From NCBI GenBank assembly GCA_038087875.1, contig CM075995.1:4156001-4220000 (forward strand): DNA of 64,000 nucleotides, in the 5' to 3' direction. The translations under genes and the position numbers were made by a program. The notes below the pieces were generated by a model that worked only from the letters and a program-made list of their open reading frames with translations, did no database searches and was not told the DNA's origin. Below are positions 25,506 to 35,157 of the stretch, in pieces. Source of the DNA: Malacoraja senta (taxonomy: Eukaryota). Every line of letters starts with the position of its first letter. The stretch's first letter is position 1.

Positions 25506-28500
25506 TGAAGTGGGTGCATGTGCGCATGTGCGGGGCTCTTCTAGTGTGTGCGCATGTGCAGAACTTTTCCGTAGTGTGCGCATGTGCGAGGTATTTCGGG
25601 CGAGAAAGGCCTGCAGAATCAGCCATGTTTGCCAGACGTTTCTGAGTTTATGTAGTAAAGAAATAAGTTGCTTAAAGCTTAAATAAAGTTAAGTAAATTT
25701 ACGAGTAGTGTAAAGTTTCATTTGCCTCACAACAATTTAAGCAATTTAATCTTAGAAGTGAAACAGTCCAACTTGGAATGGAGAAACTTTTGAAACCACA
25801 ACGCTTGGATCTGGATCCCAACTCACCTGCTGCTGCAAATAATTGGAAGCACTGTCTTCGTATACTAAATAACTTCTTTGATGAGTGTGGCAATGATGCA
25901 CCAGACAGACTCAAGACATTAATAAGCTCCATCTCTTCTGATGTATATGATTACATAGAGGAATGTACAACTTATGATTCTGCTATTGATGTACTAAGCA
26001 GACTCTTCGTTAAGACACCCAACGTGATATTCGCTCGACACCTCCTTGCTACTCGGAAACAAAAACCTGGTGAGTCACTTGATGTTTTTTTACAAGAACT
26101 TCAAAGCAGTTACGGCTGATCAATATCGACAGGAAGTTATCCGAGACTCTTTTATCAATGGTTTGGCATCGCCTTTAATACGACAGAGACTATTAGAACA
26201 CAAAACCTTGGATTTACAGTCAGCTTACAATCAAGCTTACTCTTTAGACTTGGCTCAAAAAAATTCAGATGCTTATGGCTCATCTTATGTGTATTCTGCT
26301 GCAACTACTACAAAAGAATTTCACCCAAGTACTAATATGGAGCAAACTGAAACAATTTCTACTGATAAAAGTGCCCTTGCTGCAGCATATAATTATTCAA
26401 AAAGGAACTGTTACTTTTGCGGGGGTAATATTCATAAGAGAGAGAGGGGCAACTTGTAATAGTTGTGGCAAGAAGGGACATTATTCTAGAGTATGCAAGT
26501 CCAAAGCAACTACTAAAATTGTGACTGATGCCATGTATACGCCTTCTTTATGTGCAATTATAGCTGCATTTCCTCAGAGCTTGTCTCATGCAGCTACAAC
26601 GGTATCCATTATTGGCCATACACTTAATGTACTACTTGATTCTGGCAGTTCAGAAAGTTTTATGTGAACAAGTGGCTCAACTAAATCTAACTATAATTCT
26701 TTCAAATAGAGAAATCGATGGCTCTGACAACTCTCAATACTCAAATTATAGGATCTTGTATTGTAGACTTTATTCTGAACAAAACTAGCTATAAATCTGT
26801 ATGTCTTGGTATTTTGAAAAATTTGTGTAGCAATATAATTCTAGGTCAGGATTTTCTGAAAATGCACAGATCACTTCAAATAATGTATGAAGGAACTATG
26901 CCTGATCTTGTATTGTCAAAGCCACCGGTATTGTGTGGTTTTTCTGCTGCATCTGTTGAGTCCTTCATTATTCACTAGTTTATCCTCCAAGTGCAAGCCA
27001 ATTGCTACAAAATCAAGACATTTTAGTAAAGACGATAGGAACTTTATCAACACAGAAGTAACTAATCTTTTACAAGAAGGTATTATAGAACCCAACTGTT
27101 CCCCTTGGAGGGCACAAGTTGTCGTGGTTAAGGACCCCTTGGAGAGACATAGAAAGAGACTCTGCATTGATTACTCTCAAACTATAAACCAGTTCACGGA
27201 GCTTGATGCATATCCACTACCTCGTATAGAAGAGATTATCAATACATTAGCTAAGTATAAGATATTCTCTACTTTTGACCTAAAAAGTGATTACTACCAG
27301 ATTCCTTTGAAGGAATCAGAGAAGAAATACACTGCGTTTGAAGCAAATGGGAAATTATACCACTACTGCAGTTCCTTTTGGTGTAACTAATGGCATGGCT
27401 GTTTTTCAGAGAGAGATGGACAAACTTGTTGAACAGGAAAACCTTAAAGATACTTTCCCTTATCTTGATTATATAACTATTGCAGGAAAAGACCAAGCTG
27501 AACACGATGAAAATGTACAACGGTTTTTAGATGTTGTACATTCTAAAAATCTAACATTAAATGAGGCAAAGTCAATAACATCAGTGTCATCAATTAATAT
27601 TCTTGGATATTGAGTTGGAAATGATATAATCAAGCCTGATCCAGAAAGCGCCCACTCCAAGAGATACCTGTTCCAGCTACATTAAACTCTCTACGAAGGG
27701 TTCTTGGGATGTTTGCATATTATGCTAAATGGATACCAAATTTTTCTGACAAAATTCAACCTTTGATTAGAGCAAAATCCTTCCCCCTTGACTCTACAGC
27801 AATTGGTGCCTTTACTTCTTTAAAGAAACAATTGGAATCTGCGACATTACACGCCATCGATGAGGATCTCCCCTTTGTTGTTGAATGTGATGCCTCTGAT
27901 TTAGCAGTATCAGCAACATTAAATCAAGGAGGACGACCAGTGGCTTTCATGTCTCGTGCTCTGCAAGGTAGTGAATTGCACTACCCACCCGTCGAAAAGG
28001 AAGCTACAGCAATTATTGAAGCAGTGAGGAAATGGAGTCATTTCCTTGCTCGCCAGCACTTCACTTTGATAACAGATCCGCGTTCAGTAGCTTTTATGCT
28101 GGATAATCGGAAACGAACGAAGATTAAAAACAGTAAAATTCATGAATGGAGGATTGAATTATCTGCATATAGTTATGTAATTGAGTACTGCCCTGGTAAG
28201 GATAATGTTGCTCCGGATAAATTAACTCAAGCATTTTGTGCCTCTGTTCATTCTTCTGAACTCACTGATCTTCACAATGGGATGTGTCATCCTGGAGTCA
28301 CTCGTTTGTTATACTATGTTCGTTCCAAAAACTTACCTTTCTCTACAGAAGATGTGAAGATGACGTGTGCTTCATGTAGCATCTGTGCTGAATTAAAACC
28401 AAGGTTCTTCTGTCCTGAAGAAGGAAGATTGATCAAAGCTACTCAACCTATGGAACGTTTGAGTATTGACTTCAAAGGGCCTTTGACATCCTCCTCTCGA

Positions 28501-29660
28501 AATGTTTATATACTTACCATAGTTGATGAATATTCAAGGTTTCCATTTGCCTTTCCTTGTCCAAATATGTCAGCTGCTATGGTTATCAAATGTTTAGATC
28601 AACTGTTTTCATTCTGTGGATTTCCAAGTTACATACATTCTGATAGGGGCACCTCATTCATGTCAAAAGATTTAAAAGACTACCTTTCTAATAGAGGCAT
28701 TGCAACAATTAAAACAACACCATATCATCCTATTGGAAATGGTCAGGTTGAGAGGTATAACAGAATCATTTGGAAAGCAGTGAAACTGGATTTAAAGTCA
28801 AATGACCATTCCAGATCAACATTGGGAATGTGTTCTACCAGATGCATTACACTCCATCAGATCTTTACTGTCAACTGCTACCAATACTACTCCACATGAG
28901 CGGTTCTTTAACTTCAAACGGCGTTCTTCTAGTGGTACTTCTCTTCCATCATGGTTGACTAGCCATGGGCCTGTGTTGCTTCGTCATTATGTCTGATTAA
29001 ATAAGAATGAGCCTTTTGTTGATGAAGTTGAACTGACTGATGTCAACCCTTCTTATGCAACTATCCAGTATCAGGATGGACGTCAGTCAACTGTCTCACT
29101 TCGTGACCTTGCACCATGTCCGTCTTCTCCATCAGCTCCGTCACTTCTTGATAACACTAATTGAGAACTTCCTCCATCAGCTCCGTCACTTCGTGATAAC
29201 ACGAATCGAGAACTTCCTCCAACACTCCCAGCATCCCCTATGGAAACTTCTATAAGAAATTCTAAAATTGTAAATCTAAATAACAATATGAGTGAAGTTG
29301 ATGACCAAGCAATATATCTACCACCAGCTATTGAAACACCATTATCTCCTGAAGCTCCAGTGATGCGACGGTCATCAAGACGTATTAAACCTCCTGACCG
29401 TCTCAACTTATAAATAGGAGGGGAGAATGAAGTGGGCGCATGTGCGCATGTGCGGGCGGGGCTCTTCTAGTGTGTGCGCATGTGCAGGACTTTTCCGGAA
29501 TGTGTGCATGTGCGAGGTATTTCGGGCGGGAAAGCCCTGCAGAATCAGCCATGTTTGCCAGACGTTTCTGAGTTTATGTAGTAAAGAAATAAGTTGCTTA
29601 AAGCTTAAATAAAGTTAAGTAAATTTACGAGCAGTGTAAAGTTTCATTTGCCTCACAACA
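25506..29660 (+). mobile_element. Ty3/Gypsy LTR retrotransposon, full length but degenerate
   Basis: TG…CA LTRs at 25506-25734 and 29428-29660 differ by about 8 substitutions and one 4-bp indel. PPT AGGAGGGGAGAA at 29416-29427, TSD ACTAG/ACCAG, domain order gag-PR-RT-RH-IN. Confidence 0.95.
25778..29413 (+). pseudogene. Gypsy gag-pol, broken by frameshifts and stops
   Basis: Gag CCHC knuckle CNSCGKKGHYSRVC; protease LLDSGS; RT RLCIDYSQTIN…DAYPLPRI and FPYLDY; RNase H VECDASD…EKEA; integrase HHCC and DDE motifs (SIDFKG, HSDRG, NGQVER). Confidence 0.92.
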
Positions 29661-29699
29661 ACCAGTAAATGGGGAATTAGGGGATTTGTTCATTCATCG

Positions 29700-30050
29700 T
29701 CTATTAAAACATTAGCGACACAGTGGTGGTGGTTTCCGACGGGCACAGTGACGGACCCACCACACATGTCCTCCATGGGTGGGTTCCCACAGCACAACCT
29801 TGTTTGCTGACATTTCTGGGTGGCGGTGGCAGTGAGCAGTGAGCCTCATCCTTCTTGACCGGACCTTCTTGGTCAGAGGTGGATTCTTCAGAGGGTGATG
29901 TGGTCCCTCCAACTGACATTTTGAACTTTTCTGAGCATTCGGGTGCAGGTACTATCGAGAGACTTGGACAGTGCTCGAGTAAGACTCCATGCCTCACACC
30001 CATACAATAATATGGTCTCTACAGTTGCATGGAAGAATCTTAGTTTGAGA
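29700..30050 (-). mobile_element. RTE-type LINE fragment
   Basis: FFHATVETILLYGCEAWSLT…TRMLRKVQNVSWRDH and RLTAHCHRHPE…VVLWEPTHG match the RTE RT C-terminus. Confidence 0.7.
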
Positions 30051-30194
30051 CCCTTAAGGGCCTGTCCCACATGCAATTTTTTTCAGCGACTGCCAGCACC
30101 CGTCATAGTCGCAGCAGGTCGCCGAAAATGTTCAACGTTGAAAATCCAGCGGCGACCACATAAAGGTACGACTTAGGGCAACTATACAGGCGTC

Positions 30195-30410
30195 CAGTAA
30201 ATGGTGAATTAGGGGAGGGCACTGGTAAATGGGGAATTAGGGGAGGGCACTGGTAAATGGGGAATTAGGGGAGGGCACTGGTAAATGGGAAATTAGGGGA
30301 GGGCACTGGTAAATGGGGGAATTAGGGGAGGGCACCAGTAAATGGGGGAATTAGGGGAGGGCACTGGTAAATGGGAAATTAGGGGAGGGTAATAGTTAAT
30401 GGGATTTAGG
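30195..30410. repeat. 28-bp G-rich tandem repeat, ~7 copies (more units at 25476-25505 and 29661-29685)
   Basis: Unit GGTAAATGGGGAATTAGGGGAGGGCACT. Confidence 0.9.
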
Positions 30411-30654
30411 GAAGAATTCGTGTGGACTCAAAACCAGCACCGTGAATCCACGATGACAGTCCCGCCATCCCAGGGGCAATCACGTGAACCTACGCTGCAC
30501 TGCCTCAATCACAAGGACGTCCTTCCTCAAATTAGACCAAAACTGTACACAATACTCCAGATGTGGTCTTACCCGAGCCATATACAACTGCAGAAGAACC
30601 TCTTTACTCCTATACTGAAATCCTCTTGTTATGAAGGCCAACATTCCAATAGCT

Positions 30655-31056
30655 CAGTCCGCATTAACCAACCTGACCTCCCGGTGGCTCAGCACTTCAA
30701 CTCCCCCGCCCATTCCGTATCCGACCTCTCTGTCCTGGGCCTGCTCCATGGCCAGAGTGAGCACCACCGGAAATTGGAGGAACAGCACCTCATATTCCGC
30801 TTGGGCAGTCTGCACCCTCGTGGTATAAACATTGAATTCTCCCAATTCTGTTAGCCCTTGCTGTCTCCTCCCCTTCCTAGCTCTCCCTCAGCCCTCGGGC
30901 TCCTCCTCCTCCTTTTTCCTTTCTTCTCCCCGCCCCCCCTCCCCCCATCCTCCATCAGTCTGAAGAAGGGTTTTGGCCCGAAACGTTGCCTATTTCCTTC
31001 GCTCCATAGATGCTGCTGCACCCGCTGAGTTTCTCCAGCACTTTTGTCTACCTCCT
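30655..31056 (+). mobile_element. Penelope-like element 3' fragment (GIY-YIG C-terminus and 3' UTR)
   Basis: PVAQHFNSPAHS…RKLEEQHLIFRLGSLHPRGIN is the typical end of a PLE endonuclease. A 12-bp TSD ATTCCAATAGCT lies at 30643-30654 and 31057-31068. Confidence 0.88.
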
Positions 31057-32426
31057 ATTCCAATAGCTTTCTTCACTGCCTGCTGTACCTGCACGCCAAC
31101 TTTCAGTGACTGGTGTACAAGGACAATCGATGTGAGCTGATCGATACCACGTCACTCGGCTATCTTTCACTCGTGCTCATGAGATTGATTTCAAGAAGCT
31201 CAGGTGATCTTCTATTTTTTTCAGTTCCGAGCGCCAAATCCCTTCAGCTGTACCTGCAACTGAAGCTATGGGTGGATTAGTAGACCTTGAAGAGGCATTG
31301 ACACTTTGTTTTTATGTAGAGGGGTAATAGAGGTAAGATATGTGATTTGAGAGTAATGTATCATCTGCAGGGGGAAAAATGTATGCAAAAATGGCATTGT
31401 TAAATGAGCACAATTTAAAAAAAAAGAACTGCAAATAAACTGAAAAAATACAGATTATCTGGTGTTTTGTGCGTGGGAGCTTGTTGTGTGCGTTACGCAG
31501 GCAACCAGACGGTATTACAGTGTATAAACAATAAATAAAATGTGCTTCTTGTTGTCAAGGGAGGGGGAGGAGTGGGAAGAGATAATATTGTTCGTTGTCA
31601 TGCACACTTGAATCGGCCCACCAGGGAATTTGTGTCCCCCCCGTGTTTTAAAAGCGATTTACTATGGCTGCCTGCGCCCCGGGCCATCTGTCCCCGGGGG
31701 GGTTAATCATCCGGTGTGGGTGTCGGGGGTGAACCACCCCGTGTGTGGGTCGGGGGACGGGGGGGGGGCGGTGAATCACCCTGGTGTGGAGGTCGTGGTC
31801 CGGTGGCGGTGCATCACGGTCAGTGACTCTAGGTGGGCGGAGGGACCAGACTGTCCCTAACTCTGCTCCACCCGGCCCCGTGTGTGTGTGTGCTGCTGAC
31901 CCACAGCCCGTCACAGTGCGGCCGCATGGGGGAGACGAGGTGGAGGGCGGCCATGGCCGGACAACGCTGACCCCGGGGGGAAAGAGTGGGGGCTGCCCGA
32001 GGGATGCGCTCCTTCAGCCGCTTACACCTTGGTGCTCGGGTTCAGAGCGCCCAGTCACCCTCCAGCCCCGGGCAGTCTTGTGTGGGAAAATGACCCCCAC
32101 CCTCCCGTCTCCCCCGGCCAGTGAAGTGATGGACGCGGGGGCTGGACCAATCGCTGACAAGTCCCGTCCCCCAGCGATGACATGTCCGTTAATTGGCTTT
32201 TCGGCATTGCATCCGTTTGGTTAGTTGGCTTTTAGGCGTCCCGCCCTTTCGGTTTGTTGGCTTTTCGGCATTGCGCCCTTCAGGTTAGTTGGCTTTTCGG
32301 CATTGCGCCCTTTAGGTTAGTTGGCTTTTAGGCGTCCCGCCCTTTCGGTTTGTTGGCTTTTCGGTGTTATTTGGCTTCCACTTCTCCGCTTCGGCTTCTC
32401 GTCCTTCGACGCCACGTCTGGGTATC

Positions 32427-32950
32427 TTGTGGGGCTGAGTGATCTAGGAGTACAAGTATATTGTTCTCTGAAAGTGGTGTACATGGAGTGGTGAAGAAGG
32501 CTATTAGCATGCTGGCCTCCATCAGTCAGGAAATTGAGTATAGAACTTGTGACATTATGTTACAGTTGTACAGATGTTGGTAAAGTCAACTTGGAGAATT
32601 CTGTTCCGTTTTGGTCGCCCTGCTGTAGGAAAGATGCTATTAAGTTGTAAAGAGTACAGAGAAGATTTACGAGGGTGTTGCCAGGAGTAGAGAGCTTGAG
32701 ATACAGGGAGAGGTTGAGCAGGTCTAGGACTTTATTCTATTGGCACAGGAGGCTGATGGCGGTGATCCTATCAAGGTGTATAGAGCGGAATAGTTAGGGT
32801 GAATGCACAGTATCCTTTTGCCAAGGCAAGGGAATCAAGAACTAGGGGGCATAGTTTTAAGATGACAGGTGTAATAGGAACTGGTGGAGCAACATCTTTT
32901 CACATTGAAGGTGGTGCATACATGAAATGATCTGACAGAGGAAGTAGTGG
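32427..32950 (+). mobile_element. CR1 LINE RT fragment, right half of the host of the foldback element
   Basis: DLGVQV, VKKA.SMLASI, FWSPCCRKD and RVQRRFTRVLPG continue the fragment at 21445-21623. Confidence 0.8.
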
Positions 32951-34811
32951 ATAGACACAAAAAGCTGGAGGAACAGCGGGACAGGCAGCATCTCTGGAGA
33001 GAAGGAATGGGTGACGTTTCGGGTCGAGACCCCTCTTCAGACTTCTTCAGACTGGTTAGGGATAAGGGAAACGGCTACAGGGTAGCTGTAACATTCTATA
33101 TATATGTTACATATTTATCTTAGTGACTGATGGTTATTCTACTTGTCAGCATGAATCCAGTATTGATCACATAAATCAGACATTGGCTCGATAGACCTTG
33201 AAACCTAAACTGTCTAGAGTGCAAATATTTTTGAGAAACGGAGTGGACTGTATTATTGCCGACCTTGTGTCTTTTGTAAATCATTCCTCCTCATTCTCAT
33301 GAGGATCCAAAGGAATGGTTCATGGATTCCAACCTTATATATTTTCCGAGACTTCACCCAATGCAAGTGAAGCAATTCATTTAACCTTTTGAAACTTACT
33401 GCCACTCCAAGATCTTGTGTAGGAAACAAGGAACAGCAGATGCTGGTTTGCAAAAAAAACCACAGTGCGGGAGTATATAACTGCATGGTTTCAAGGTATA
33501 ATTTTAACAAATCATATTGATCATTTTGTGCAAATTAGTTGATCTAATATTAAGTATTGATGTTAGTCTCTTATTCCTGCACTTCTGCTGTTTTTCTCCA
33601 ATTAGAATATTTGCCATAATCGGACTTTGTCTTGCACAGGAGGCTGATGGCGGTGATCCTATCAAGGTGTAGGATACCCTTTATATACCCTTAAAAAATA
33701 TAATATACCCTTTATCTTGTAAATAATATACCCTTTATCCTGTATCAGCAAACTGTGGACAACTTGCTTGTAATCATGTACAGACTTCGCATTGACTGGA
33801 TAGCAGGCAGCAAAAAAGCTTTTCACTGTACCTCAAGTAATTCTCACTTTTCTCTCTCATTGTGTAAGTTTCAATGAATTACTTTCTCCTCCTTTAAGTT
33901 TAATGAAGACAAACCTGGTCAACCAAAGCTCTCTGCATTTTGGAACTCACCCATCCCAGGAATCAATCTGGTGGACATTCATTGCGTTCCCTCTGTCGCC
34001 AACATTAGGTAAGATAATCAAAACAACACACAATACAACCAAGTGTGGTCTTATCAAGGCCCTTAAATAATCGCAGCAAGGCTTCCTTGCTCCTATACTC
34101 AAAACCATGTGCAGTCAAGGCCAACACACAATCGCCTTTTTACATCATCGCCTCTGCTGAATCTGTATGTTTGCCGTCAGTGACTGATGTACAAGGAAGA
34201 CCAAGTCTCTTTGTACATCAACACTTCACAATTTAACAACATGTAAGTAATATGCCACCCATCCAATGTTCCTGCCAAAGGAACTACGTACCTCGATAAC
34301 TACACATTTATCCATGTAATTCCCTAATGCTATGATTTTGTCCATTCACTTGATCTGTGGAAGCCTCTGTGCATTGTTAACACAATTCACAATCCCTCCC
34401 AACCTATTGTCATTGGCAAACTTTGAAATATAGCAATCATAGAGCTCACAGTTCCATGGGAGAACTCTGTTGAGGAGGCCTATGAGCGTAAGAAGCTGCG
34501 CTACGCAGAGCTTGCAGCAGAGGCAACGCAGCGTGGCTGGAACACCAAAGTCTATCCAGTTGAAGTGGGATGCAGAGGATTTGTTGCGTCATCTACCATC
34601 AGACTGCTGAAGGAGCTTGGAATCCACGGTCAGGCTCTGCGGAAGACCATAAGATCACTCTCAGAGGCGGCTGAAAGAAGCAGCCGGTGGATTTGGCTCA
34701 AGCGGAAAGACCCATGCTGGGCCCCAAGTATGTCGGGGTGAATCTTTGGGACGGTTTGACACGGGACATGCGCTGAGGGTTGATCATCCTGCAGCGGGCC
34801 GCCCTTGTGGA

Positions 34812-34877
34812 GGGTGTATAGTGTTAAAAGGCCGAAACACCCAGTGATGCAAGGGTACACTACTGATGATGTGTCCT
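34812..34877 (+). ncRNA. Candidate non-circularly permuted hammerhead ribozyme, upstream copy
   Basis: Identical to 38765-38830; predicted cleavage after GUA at 34816-34818. Confidence 0.45.
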
Positions 34878-35157
34878 GTGCCCAACTGTCCTGAAGGTTA
34901 CCCCCCCCCACCCCCCCCCCCGATGTTGAGCGTCTACCACTCTCAACAATCAACGAATGTCGTGAAATGCTCCCCACCTATTGGCACAAGGGACTTCTTA
35001 ACATCTTGTCCTGTGTATTTGATTCTGATAATCTGGACTCGTCCAGTGACTGCTGTGAAAGGACAGCTGACAACATGGGAAAGTCCATGTGACAGCTTGG
35101 AGAGACAGCTGACAGGAGGGAACAGACCCCACTGGGGCCGTCATGGGCTAGCTACCC

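Larger units (their letters stand above)
22889..31123 (-). mobile_element. 5'-truncated CR1/HER1 LINE in four pieces (22889-23274, 25277-25359, 30454-30654, 31057-31123)
   Basis: The pieces join colinearly into one CR1 3' end (tail at 22889; KGLDKLDAGKM…LWNSLPQ). CAAT is duplicated at 22885-22888 and 31124-31127. Confidence 0.8.
21624..32426. mobile_element. Non-autonomous foldback (Mutator-like) DNA transposon, expanded by nested insertions
   Basis: TSD TTGTGGGGC at 21615-21623 and 32427-32435. The left arm (21624-~22500) is an inverted copy of the right arm (22785-22888 plus 31124-32426). Both ends carry arrays of CCGAAAAGCCAA-type subterminal repeats. No transposase is present. Confidence 0.75.
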
